64,000 bases of DNA from an uncultured Gemmatimonadales bacterium (GTDB lineage: Bacteria > Gemmatimonadota > Gemmatimonadetes > Gemmatimonadales > GWC2-71-9), in assembly GCA_963695555.1 (NCBI GenBank), contig CAVOGR010000007.1, positions 480,001 to 544,000 on the forward strand. The letters run 5' to 3'. Shown piece after piece: positions 1 through 9,242 of the stretch. The position numbers and the translations under genes are program-made. The first letter of the stretch is position 1. Each line of letters opens with the position of its first letter. Under the pieces are notes generated by a model, which saw nothing but the letters and a program-made list of their open reading frames with translations, was not told the DNA's origin and did no database searches.

Positions 1-36
1 TGGCGCGAGGCTGAGCGGGTGGCACAAGGCACCTAG
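1..36 (+). CDS. 3' end of an upstream CDS (partial, WREAERVAQGT*)
   Basis: Open frame from base 1 to TAG at 34-36, 6 nt before the mutM ATG. Confidence 0.45.
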   Translation, partial: WREAERVAQGT

Positions 37-42
37 GCGGCC

Positions 43-867
43 ATGCCCGAGCTGCCGGAAGTCGAGACGATCGTTCGCCAGGTACGGCCCGCGCTGGTCG
101 GCCGGACTATTACCCGGGCCGTCTTGTCGCACGACAATGTCTTGCGCGGTGTCACCAAGCGCCGTCTGTTGCGCGGCCTTCGAGGCGCCGGCATCCACGA
201 TGTGGCACGACGGGCCAAGCACGCGATCATCGATCTCGGGTCCCACCGGCTCGTGATCCAACCTGGAATGACCGGCTCATTGATGGTCTACGACCGACCC
301 CTGAGCAGGGACGAGGCCCGGTACGCCGTCTTGCGCGCTCCGCTCGACGACGGCACGGAGTTGATCTACCGCGACGTGCGCCGGATCGGGAGGATCTACC
401 TCCTCGATCAGGCGGCCTATGAGGCGTACAGCGCAGGTCTGGGCCCCGAGCCGCTTGCTCGGTCCTTCGACGACGCGGCATTCGCTCGGGCCCTCGCCGG
501 CACCAGGCAGGCAATCAAGAAGGCCATCATGGATCAGCGCCGCGTTGCCGGCATCGGGAACATTTACGCGAATGAAGCCTTGTTTGCCGCGCGGATCGAT
601 CCGTCCAAGCCGGCCGATACGCTGCTGCGCGACCAGCGGATTCGACTCCGTCGTGAGGTGCGCCGGATCTTGAACGCAGCGGTTCGGTCGCAAGGATCCA
701 CGGTGCGCGACTACCGCACCGGCACGGGGCAACAAGGCAGGTTCCAACTCGAACTCGAGGTGTACGGCCGCCAGGGCGAACCCTGCGCGGCGTGCGGCAC
801 GCGCTTGACCGGGACCCATGCGATCGACGGACGGATAACCGTGTTTTGCCATCGGTGCCAAACCTGA
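43..867 (+). CDS. mutM: Formamidopyrimidine-DNA glycosylase (Fpg)
   Basis: N-terminal MPELPEVE, H2TH motif GIGNIYANE, C-terminal zinc finger CxxC...CxxCQ. Confidence 0.97.
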   Translation: MPELPEVETIVRQVRPALVGRTITRAVLSHDNVLRGVTKRRLLRGLRGAGIHDVARRAKHAIIDLGSHRLVIQPGMTGSLMVYDRPLSRDEARYAVLRAPLDDGTELIYRDVRRIGRIYLLDQAAYEAYSAGLGPEPLARSFDDAAFARALAGTRQAIKKAIMDQRRVAGIGNIYANEALFAARIDPSKPADTLLRDQRIRLRREVRRILNAAVRSQGSTVRDYRTGTGQQGRFQLELEVYGRQGEPCAACGTRLTGTHAIDGRITVFCHRCQT

Positions 868-878
868 GCGGAGGGGCC

Positions 879-1973
879 GTGCACCGGACGACGGCACTGC
901 CGCTGCCGACGGCCGACCTCGCCGCGCTCAAGCGGCGCGTCGCGCTGCTCGCCGAGAACCGGCCAGCGGTGTACTGCATGACCGATGCAAGCGGCCGCAC
1001 CATCTATGTCGGCAAGGCCAAGAAGCTCCGGGCACGGCTCTTGTCGTACTTCCGAGCGCGGTATCCGGAAGACAAGGCCAGCCGCATCCTCCACGCGGCG
1101 GCGGATATCACCTGGCACTACGTGCCGAGCGAGTTTGCCGCGTATTTGGGCGAGCTGCGACAGATTCGCCGCCATCGTCCGGTGTTCAACGTCAAGTTGA
1201 ACCGGGCCCGCCGCGCCGTCTTCATCAAGCTCGTCGAGGGCCCCGCGCCGAAGTTGTCGTGGGGCGCCTGCCGAAACGACTCTACCCAACGGTGCTGGGG
1301 ACCCTTCACGTCATCGGGCCGGGTGGCGGACGCGGTGCGGACTCTCAACGATGTTCTCGGGCTCCGGGACTGTCGCGCGGCCATGCCCATGGTGTTCGCT
1401 GAGCAGGGTGACCTGTTCGACAGCCAACGGCGGGCGGCATGCCTCCGGCATGAGCTCGGGACCTGTGGCGGGCCTTGCGCGGGATTCGTCACCGTGTCGG
1501 CCTATCGGGACCGGATCGACACAGCGGTCGCGTTCTTGGAAGGCCGAACGATTCAGCCGATCGATCGAGTCCTGGACGCGATGCAGGAGGCAGGCGAGCG
1601 CGAGGAGTTCGAGCGTGCCACGCGCTGGCGGGAAAAATTCGAAGCGCTCGAGTGGCTCTTCGCCGCCGGCAACCGCGCCCGTGCTGCCGTCGATCTCCTC
1701 ACCTTCGTCTACCACGATCCCGGTACCTACGGCGACGACCGAGCGTATCTCATCCGGCAGGGAACGGTCCGGGCGTGTTTTCCGTATCCCGCAACACCGA
1801 TCGAGCGAGAAGCCTTCCGCGGAGTGGTAACCGATGAAATTGCGCTGCCCGCCCCCGCGGCTGGAGCGCTGCCGCCGGCCGCGATCGACGAAATCCTACT
1901 GATCATGTCGTGGTTTCGCCGGCATCCCGATGCGCTCAGGCGCACCACCAGCCTGGAGTCGTGGCTGGCCTAA
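879..1973 (+). CDS. GIY-YIG nuclease, UvrC N-terminal/Cho-like, with UVR domain
   Basis: PAVY...IYVGKAKKLRARLLSYF, Cys-rich segment, UVR helix MQEAGEREEFERATRWRE; GTG at 879 after GGAGGGG; no RNase H-like or HhH C-terminus. Confidence 0.85.
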   Translation: MHRTTALPLPTADLAALKRRVALLAENRPAVYCMTDASGRTIYVGKAKKLRARLLSYFRARYPEDKASRILHAAADITWHYVPSEFAAYLGELRQIRRHRPVFNVKLNRARRAVFIKLVEGPAPKLSWGACRNDSTQRCWGPFTSSGRVADAVRTLNDVLGLRDCRAAMPMVFAEQGDLFDSQRRAACLRHELGTCGGPCAGFVTVSAYRDRIDTAVAFLEGRTIQPIDRVLDAMQEAGEREEFERATRWREKFEALEWLFAAGNRARAAVDLLTFVYHDPGTYGDDRAYLIRQGTVRACFPYPATPIEREAFRGVVTDEIALPAPAAGALPPAAIDEILLIMSWFRRHPDALRRTTSLESWLA

Positions 1974-1989
1974 TTCGGCACCGCCGTAT

Positions 1990-2475
1990 CTAGCGCGCGG
2001 CGTTGAGCGGTACGATCCGGGCCCGCGGCGGTATCCCTGCTTCCAACTCCATGATCCCTACCGACGGCTGGAGATCGAATCGCCGGGGGCCGGCGGCGCC
2101 GGGGTTCATGACCGTCACCACGGTATCCACGATCGTCAGCAGGGGGCGGTGGGTATGGCCGAAGAGGATGATCTCGGCCTCGGGGTACGCCTGATTCAGC
2201 GTGCCCGGCGTAGGGACTCCGAACGCGTCGCCATGGGTGAGCACAATCCGAAACCCGTCCACTTCGACCTCGACCACCGCAGCCAACCGATCGCGGAGCA
2301 GGAACCCGTCCGTATTGCCGTAGACAGCGGTGACCGGAGCGACCGCCTCCAGGTCGCTCAGGATGTCGAGCGATCCGACATCCCCGGCATGGAAGATCCG
2401 ATCCACCTCTTGGAATGCGGTGAAGACCTCGGGCCGGAGCAGGCCGTGGGTATCAGCGATGATGCCAAGACGCAC
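1990..2475 (-). CDS. YfcE-family metallophosphoesterase
   Basis: ADTHG, HAGD, GNTD, THG, GHTH and NPG motifs. Confidence 0.92.
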   Translation of the reverse strand: MRLGIIADTHGLLRPEVFTAFQEVDRIFHAGDVGSLDILSDLEAVAPVTAVYGNTDGFLLRDRLAAVVEVEVDGFRIVLTHGDAFGVPTPGTLNQAYPEAEIILFGHTHRPLLTIVDTVVTVMNPGAAGPRRFDLQPSVGIMELEAGIPPRARIVPLNAAR

Positions 2476-2478
2476 GCA

Positions 2479-3064
2479 CTACTCCCCGCCCCAGCGCTTG
2501 GCGATTTGGATGTCCAGGCCGAGGTGGTCGAGCACGCGTTGCACGATGAAGTCCACCAGCTCCTCGACCCGCGTCGGGCGGTGGTAGAATCCGGGCGCCG
2601 CCGGCAGCACGATGGCGCCGGCTTCGGTTACTGCGGTCAGGTTGCGGAGGTGGACGAGGGAGAGCGGTGTCTCTCGTGGCACGAGGATGAGGGGCCGGCG
2701 TTCCTTGAGCGTCACGTCGGCGGCGCGCTCGACCAGCGACCGGCTACTTCCCTGCGCGATGGCAGACACCGTGCCCATCGAGCACGGGCAGATCACCATG
2801 CCCGCGGTCTGCTGGGAGCCCGACGCCGGCAGGGCGCCGCGGTCGCCGTCGTGGAACTCGCGTACCGATGTCCAGTCGCCGCCGGTCGCGCGCGCCAGCG
2901 CCGCCATGTCCGCAAGCCCGCACTCCTCCTTGCAGGAGTCGCATGCCGTGCGTCGACACGGTGAGCCAGACCGGCACGCGTTGGCGGGCCAGAACCTCGA
3001 GCAACCGGACGGCATAGGGTGCGCCCGAGGCGCCGGTAATGGCAAGGACGATCGGGGAGTTCAC
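2479..3064 (-). CDS. ubiX: UbiX-family flavin prenyltransferase (one frameshift near 2930)
   Basis: LAITGASGAPY in one frame; ASGS, PCSMGT, RAADVTLKERR, PRETP and PGFYH in the next frame. Confidence 0.9.
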
Positions 3065-3203
3065 TGGCCTCTCCGGTTTGGAGTGGGCGACTTGAGTGGG
3101 TGCTTCGGCCCGACCGGAGGCGGCACGCGCGACGGCCCGGGATGAGACGTCGACCGGCCGGGCGGTCTGTGTTTCCGGCTCGAGCGCTTCTTGACCTTCT
3201 TCC

Positions 3204-4102
3204 TCACGCGACGCGATCCACGAAGGCGAACACGAACAGGATGATAGAGATGACTCCATTCATCGTAAAGAAGGCCGCGTTGAGTCGCGACAGATCACCC
3301 GGCTTGACCAGCTGGTGCTCGTAGACCAAGATCATGGCCGCGACGACGACGCCGACGAAAAACCAGGCTCCGAATCCAGCCCCAACACCGAAGAGCACAA
3401 CGGCCGGGATGGTGATCCCGTGCAGGAGTTTGGCCAACAGGATGCTGCGCCGTTCCCCGAACCGAACGACCACGCTTCGAAGCCCCATGCGCCGGTCGAA
3501 GCGCGGCATCGGGCAAGGCATAGAAGATATCGAATCCGGCCACCCAGGTCGCGACGCCCACAGTGATCGCTCCCAGCACCCAGGCGGGATCGCTCCAGCT
3601 GCCGGTGACGGCCAGGTACCCTCCCACCGGCGCGATGGACAGGCTGAGCCCGAGCCAGATGTGGGGCCACCAGGTGAAGCGTTTGGTCAGGCTATAGGTC
3701 AGGATCCAGCCGAGCGCGACCGGCGAGAGGGCCAGACAGAGCGGGTTGAGGAGGGCCGCACTGCCGACGAACACCACGCTCGCCACGACCACGGAGATCC
3801 AGGCTTGGGCAAGCGTCAGGGCCCCGCGAGGCAGTTCTCGTCCGGCGGTCCTCGGGTTGAGCGCGTCGTACTGGCGATCGGCAATGCGATTGAATCCCAT
3901 CGCGGCCCAGCGGGCGGCGGTGAACGCCACGGGCACGAGCACGACGATGCGAAGCGACACCGGCGCGGTGAATGACGCGGCGACCACACCGATGCAGCGC
4001 GAACGGCAGCGCAAAGACGGTGTGGGGTAATCGAACGAAATTGAAATAGCGCGCCACGAGCGAGGTCCCGGCGAGCGTTTGCCCTTCGCGAGCCGTGCTC
4101 AC
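3204..4102 (-). CDS. ubiA: UbiA/MqnP-like polyprenyltransferase (frameshifts near 3995 and 3504)
   Basis: HTVFALPFAL, AMGFNRIADRQYDALNPRTAGRELP, GFDIFYAL and NAAFFTMNG spread over three frames; GTG start overlaps the ubiD stop. Confidence 0.88.
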
Positions 4103-5580
4103 CGGAGCCGAAGGCCGAGGGATGGCCAGAGCGCGTCGACCGCAGCCTTGGTGTCGACGTCCATCTCGATCCTCTCGGGCCACTCCCGGTCGAAGCCCTC
4201 TTCTTTCCACTTCCGCGTCGCGTCGATTCCCATCTTGCTGCCGAAGGTGAAGGCACGACTGGCGTGGTCGAGCACGTCGACCGGCCCGGGCGTGAAGCGG
4301 ACGTCACGTTCCGGGTCGATGTTGTTGAGCGCGACCCACCAGGCTTCGTCCGGATCGCGCACGTTCACGTCCTGGTCGACGACGACGATCACTTTGGCGA
4401 GCGACATCAGCCCCTGGCCCCAGAGCGCGTTCATCACCTTGTAGGCCTGCCCGGGATACTGCTTGTCGATCGAGACGAAGACGAGATTGTGGAAGATCCC
4501 CGGGGCCGGCATGTGATAGTCAACGATCTCGGGAACCGTCAGCCGGAGCAGCGGCAGGAAGATCCGCTCGGTGGCGTGCCCGAGGTAGTAGTCCTCCATC
4601 GGCGGGCGGCCCACCAGGGTCGCGGGATAGATCGGGTTCTTCTGCATGGTGACGGCGGTGACGTGCACCCGGGGGTAGTAGTCGGCGAGCGAATAGAATC
4701 CGGTGTGATCGCCGAACGGGCCTTCGAGCACCAGCTCTTCCCGGGTCGATGTAGCCCTCGATCACGAACTCCGCCTCGGCCGGCACCTCGAGGTCGCAGG
4801 TGACCGCCTTGGCCAGTTCGACCGGCGCCGCGCGCAGGAAGCCGGCGAAGAGGAACTCGTCGATGGTCGGCGGGAGCGGCGCGGAGGCGGAGTAGATGCT
4901 CGCGGGGTCGCCGCCGAGGGCGATGACGACCGGCATCGTCTCGCCGCGGGCTGCCATTTCACGCCAGTGGGCGGCCCCGACCTTGTGCCGCTGCCAGTGC
5001 ATCGCCAGCGTGGTGCGATCCCCAGCACCTGGACCCGATACATCCCGACGTTGCGGATGCCACGACTCGGGTCGTCGGTGATCACCATCGGCAGGGTGAT
5101 GTAGCGGCCACCGTCCTCGGGCCAGGTCACCAGGAAGGGGATGTCGTCCAGGTCGATCTCGTCGCCGCGCTGGACCACCTCCTGGCACGCGGGCGTGCCT
5201 CCCTTGGTGCGCGGCGGGAACTTGGCGATCTCGGCCAGCTTGGGCAGCATCGACAGCTTGCCGAGCAGCCCCTCGGGCACCTTCAGCTTCAGGAGCTCGG
5301 CGATCCGGTCGCCGATGTCGTCCAGCCGGTCGACGCCGAGCGCCAGGCACATCCGCCGCATGGAGCCGAAGAGGTTGATCGCCACGGGGTAGCGGCTCGA
5401 CTGGCCGTTCTCGAGCATCACCCGCTCGAAGAGGAGCGCCGGACCGCCACCGGCACTCTTCATGGCGCGATCGGCGATCTCGGCGATCTCGAGACGGGCC
5501 CGGACCGGCTGGGCAATGCGCACCAGTTCGCCGATCTCGTCGATCGCGTCGAGAAAGTCGCGCAGGGAATCGTGTGGCAT
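4099..5580 (-). CDS. ubiD: UbiD/MqnL-family (menaquinone biosynthesis) decarboxylase (frameshifts near 5021 and 4742)
   Basis: GGPALLFE, INLFGS, RNVGMYRVQ, EGPFGDHTGFY, VGRPPMED and KMGIDAT across three frames. Confidence 0.92.
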
Positions 5581-5641
5581 CAGCTCTCGATTGCTAGATG
5601 GGTGGGACCAGTGGGGCGTCGCGGCGGCTGGGACGGGCGTG

Positions 5642-6382
5642 TCATCGCGCGCGGTCTTGCTTCGTCCCCACGTGGAGCGCCGTCACCCCGCCGAGGAAGC
5701 GGGTGAAAGAAACGTCCGTGAATCCCGCGACCTCCATGCGCCGCGCCAACTCCGGCGGAGACGGAAAGTGAAGTGCCGACTCTGGTAACCAGCTATAGGC
5801 GGTCCTATGTTTCGAGACCATGCGGCCAATCAGGGGCAGCACGTGCTCGGAATAGAGCCGGTACAACCCGCGCAGCGGCTGCCTCGGCGGCACGCTCATC
5901 TCGACGATCACGAGGCGGGCCCCCGGCTTCAGCACTCGCACCGCCTCGACGAGGCCGGCATCGAGATCGACCAGGTTGCGCACACCCCATCCCACCATCG
6001 CCCCGTCGAAGGCGCCGCTCGGAAAGGGCAGCTCGATGGCGTCGGCGGCGACGGGTTTCAACCTGGTAGACTTTCCCCGACCCAACTCGAGCATGCGGCG
6101 CACGAAATCGGCGCCGACGATCTGCCCACGAAAACCGGGTTGGCGTGACAGGATCGCCCCGAAGTCCATCGTACCGGCGCAGAGATCGACATACCGGCCC
6201 TCGGGCGCGCGTTCCCAGCCCAGCCGCTCGACCGCGATGCGTCGCCACCTGAGGTCGAGCCGGAAGCTGATGATGCGGTTGAGTCGATCGTACGTCGGCG
6301 CGATCGCACCGAACATATCGCGGACGTACGCCCGTTTTTCCGGGCCTCCCGTGACGGGCAACTCTCGACCCGAGGCGTACAT
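5642..6382 (-). CDS. ubiE: UbiE/MenG demethylmenaquinone methyltransferase
   Basis: VRDMFGAIAPTYDRLNRIIS, DLCAGTMD, WGVRN, RVLKPG, YSWLPES. Confidence 0.92.
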   Translation of the reverse strand: MYASGRELPVTGGPEKRAYVRDMFGAIAPTYDRLNRIISFRLDLRWRRIAVERLGWERAPEGRYVDLCAGTMDFGAILSRQPGFRGQIVGADFVRRMLELGRGKSTRLKPVAADAIELPFPSGAFDGAMVGWGVRNLVDLDAGLVEAVRVLKPGARLVIVEMSVPPRQPLRGLYRLYSEHVLPLIGRMVSKHRTAYSWLPESALHFPSPPELARRMEVAGFTDVSFTRFLGGVTALHVGTKQDRAR

Positions 6383-6435
6383 AAGATCGGAATGTAGTTT
6401 CCCGCTCATGATCGTGGCAACCACGCACTCGACCA

Positions 6436-7041
6436 GTGGCTAAGCCCCCACCCAACCTTCGCGAGGCCACCGATCAAGAGGTGGTCGCCCAGGCCCGGCT
6501 GGGGCGTGAAGCCGCGTATCGTGAATTGGTAAGGCGGTACGAGCGACCCATCTTCTCCCTCATTTATCGCATGGTCCGCGACCGGGAGCTGGCCGAGGAC
6601 TTGGCGCAGGAAACGTTCGTAAAGGCCCTGAAGGCGGTGGGCTCCTACCGCCCGGAATACAAGTTCAGCTCCTGGATCTTCAAGATCGCCAACAACGCCG
6701 CGATCGACCACCTCCGCAAGCGAGAACTCGCGACCCTCTCGATCGAAGGCTCGCCCCACGCGGTTACACCCGACGCCATGGAGGCCACGGCGCTCCAGAT
6801 CAGCGGCCGGCTGCCGGGCCCGCTCGAGGAGCTGGAGGCGCGGGAGCTGGGCGGAGCGATCGAGGAGGCCATCGGCCGGCTCCGCCCCGAGTACCGAGCA
6901 TGCATCCTGTTGCGCCACGTCGAAGGGCGGCCCTACGAGGAAATCGCCGAGATGTTGGGCCTCCCACTCGGGACGGTCAAGACGTATATCCACCGCGCGC
7001 GCTATGAACTGCGCGAGGCGCTCGCGCACCTCAGGGAATGA
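6436..7041 (+). CDS. ECF RNA polymerase sigma factor (SigW/RpoE-like)
   Basis: AEDLAQETF, FSSWIFKIANN, YEEIAEMLGLPLGTVKTYIHRAR. Confidence 0.95.
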   Translation: MAKPPPNLREATDQEVVAQARLGREAAYRELVRRYERPIFSLIYRMVRDRELAEDLAQETFVKALKAVGSYRPEYKFSSWIFKIANNAAIDHLRKRELATLSIEGSPHAVTPDAMEATALQISGRLPGPLEELEARELGGAIEEAIGRLRPEYRACILLRHVEGRPYEEIAEMLGLPLGTVKTYIHRARYELREALAHLRE

Positions 7042-7065
7042 AACTTTCCCAAAACCGGGGCCGTA
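7039..7065 (+). promoter_or_regulatory. Putative ECF-sigma promoter TGAAAC-N17-CGTA
   Basis: TGAAAC at 7039-7044 (includes the sigma TGA stop) and CGTA at 7062-7065, just upstream of the anti-sigma ATG. Confidence 0.6.
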
Positions 7066-7078
7066 AGAGGGGCGAACT

Positions 7079-7687
7079 ATGGAAGAGCAACGCCAACTTC
7101 ACCTGTCGAATGATGAGGTCGACGCCTGGCTGGACGGGAGCCTTATCCCGCCCAGGCTCGCCCATCTCGACGCCTGCTTCCAATGTCGCACCCTGACTCG
7201 GGCCGAGCGGGTCGTGGTCCGGCGGCTCGAGGCCATGGAGCGGTTCGAGCCGAATCCTGGCTTCGTCGATCGGGTCATGGATCAGGTCGCGCTGCCGGAC
7301 CCGTTCGCCCTCCGTGCAGCGCGCGGCCTGTGGGACCGGGTGCATGCCAGCCGACGCACGCTTGCGATGGCGGCCTCGCTCATCGTGGTGCTCGGACTCT
7401 CGATGGGTGGGAGCGTCGCCTGGTCTTTGTCTCACTCTGAAACGCTTACCGCCTGGGGATCGTGGATCGCCACACAGGCGGGCAATTGGTTCTGGCTCGG
7501 GCTGCGCGGCGCTGTTTCGAACCTACTCGAGCACCCGTGGTATTACGCGCTGAGGAATACGGTCGGCACCCCGGAGCGCATCGCCATCGTATCCGCCGTC
7601 AACATGGTGATCTACCTCGGCGGCCTGTTGCTGCTGAAGCGCCTCTTGGCATTACCCGGTCGGCGGGTGGCCCATGCGCAGCCATAA
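7079..7687 (+). CDS. Zinc-binding (ZAS) membrane anti-sigma factor
   Basis: HLDACFQC (HxxxCxxC), hydrophobic segments, directly downstream of the ECF sigma gene. Confidence 0.82.
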   Translation: MEEQRQLHLSNDEVDAWLDGSLIPPRLAHLDACFQCRTLTRAERVVVRRLEAMERFEPNPGFVDRVMDQVALPDPFALRAARGLWDRVHASRRTLAMAASLIVVLGLSMGGSVAWSLSHSETLTAWGSWIATQAGNWFWLGLRGAVSNLLEHPWYYALRNTVGTPERIAIVSAVNMVIYLGGLLLLKRLLALPGRRVAHAQP

Positions 7688-9242
7688 CCATGTCGCCCTG
7701 GCGTTCCTGCCCTCTCTTCTCCTTGCTGGATCAAGTTTCGGGCATGATCGCGTCGGGGAGGAATCGCGCGCATTCGAGCTAATCCGCTCCCTCTTTAGCC
7801 GTGCTCCCTCCCCACTTGCGCACACGCATCGCGCCACCTTCGCTCCCGACCACACGACCCTCGTCCTCCACCTCGATAACAACAGCGAACTCCGGTTGAC
7901 CCTCGCCGACGGCCGGTTGTTCATCGATGACGACCCGGTCGGGGTGTACCTGCCTGGCGGGGGACTCGAGGCTGCCTGGCACGACCTCGTGGCGGAGGCG
8001 GCGCGACTCCCGACACCGGCAGTGGTCCATCTGCTTCAGACCTGGTCGCCGGACAGCATGCCCCAAGGCGAGGCGCGCACCGCGAAGTCAGTCCGTGAGG
8101 CGGCGGAGTCGGTCGATGCCCCGGTATTCACAATGTCGCGGCCACAATTGCTCGACCCGGCGGCACCGGGTGGATTCATCATTGACGTGGCTGACCTCAC
8201 CGATCCCGTCTCGCTCGAGCCTCTGCTGCGGCAGGCCGCTCGCCTAGCCTCCCCAGCGCTACGGGTCAGCGTGCCCGAGGGGACCGCCTACCTCGGAGAC
8301 TTCAGTATCGGTTCAGGGGAAATCGTGGAGGGTCATTTCCTAGTCCTCAAGGGTACCGCCGACATGTATGGGTCGCTTAGGGGAAATCTCGTGACCGTCG
8401 ACGGGGATGTCGTGATGCATCCGGGAGCAATCGTGACCGGCGACGTTCTTGCCTACAACGGGCAAGTCGTTGCGCTCGGCGGAGAGGTGACCGGGGAGAT
8501 CCGCACCCTGAGCCCACTCGGCAGTCCAGCCGCCGCCGTGGTACCCGACGCTCGGACGTTGTCGCCGCTCGTCCTGGCGCTTCGTAGGGCGGCAGGCCTT
8601 GCGGGGGTGTTCTTCACGCTCGGTGTTATTGGCTTCGGCATGGTCATCTTTGCACGGCACAATCTCGAGGTCGTGTCTGACACCGTCTCAAACTCGTTCG
8701 GCCGGTCTTTTCTCGTCGGCCTGATCGGCCAACTGCTCGTGCTACCCACGTTCGGGATGCTCGTCGTGGGGTTGATCCTCAGCGTGGTCGGTGTGCTGCT
8801 GTTGCCGTTCGCCGTGATCGTCTTCGGCTTGCTGGCCGTCCTCGCCGTCTTGGTCGGCTTCCTCGCGGTGGCTCATGCCATGGGCGAGACGTACACGCGG
8901 CGGCGCATGGCCCTCGGTGCCACGATCGGCTCGCCGAACAGCTATCGCTATCTCCTGATCGGGCTCGGGGCGGTATCGACCATCTGGTTGGCCTGGGTGG
9001 TGTTCGGGTGGGTTCCCGTTGCCGGCCAGGTGATCCAGGGAGCCGCCATCCTGATGACCTGGCTCTTGGGAACGGTCGGTTTCGGTGCGGCGTTGCTGAG
9101 CCGGGCGGGAGCCCGGGAGCAGTTCTCCGGCCGTCTCCTTCCTCCCGAAGCGATGACGGACGAGTATCTGTGGGCCACACCGCAATACGGCGTTTCCGCT
9201 ATCAAGCGACCGACGGCGAAGCCCCCGACGTCCGACTCGTGA
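7674..9242 (+). CDS. Membrane protein with exported N-terminus, bactofilin-like beta-helix repeats and multi-TM C-terminus
   Basis: Signal-like N-terminus; repeats GNLVTVDGDVVMHPGAIVTGDVLAYNGQVVALGGEVTGEI; several C-terminal TM helices. Confidence 0.7.
   Translation: MRSHNHVALAFLPSLLLAGSSFGHDRVGEESRAFELIRSLFSRAPSPLAHTHRATFAPDHTTLVLHLDNNSELRLTLADGRLFIDDDPVGVYLPGGGLEAAWHDLVAEAARLPTPAVVHLLQTWSPDSMPQGEARTAKSVREAAESVDAPVFTMSRPQLLDPAAPGGFIIDVADLTDPVSLEPLLRQAARLASPALRVSVPEGTAYLGDFSIGSGEIVEGHFLVLKGTADMYGSLRGNLVTVDGDVVMHPGAIVTGDVLAYNGQVVALGGEVTGEIRTLSPLGSPAAAVVPDARTLSPLVLALRRAAGLAGVFFTLGVIGFGMVIFARHNLEVVSDTVSNSFGRSFLVGLIGQLLVLPTFGMLVVGLILSVVGVLLLPFAVIVFGLLAVLAVLVGFLAVAHAMGETYTRRRMALGATIGSPNSYRYLLIGLGAVSTIWLAWVVFGWVPVAGQVIQGAAILMTWLLGTVGFGAALLSRAGAREQFSGRLLPPEAMTDEYLWATPQYGVSAIKRPTAKPPTSDS

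Noticed and set aside
2479..5580. Programmed frameshifting or true pseudogenes in ubiX/ubiA/ubiD
   Set aside because: No slippery heptamers or nonsense codons, and the clustered indels fit sequencing error better
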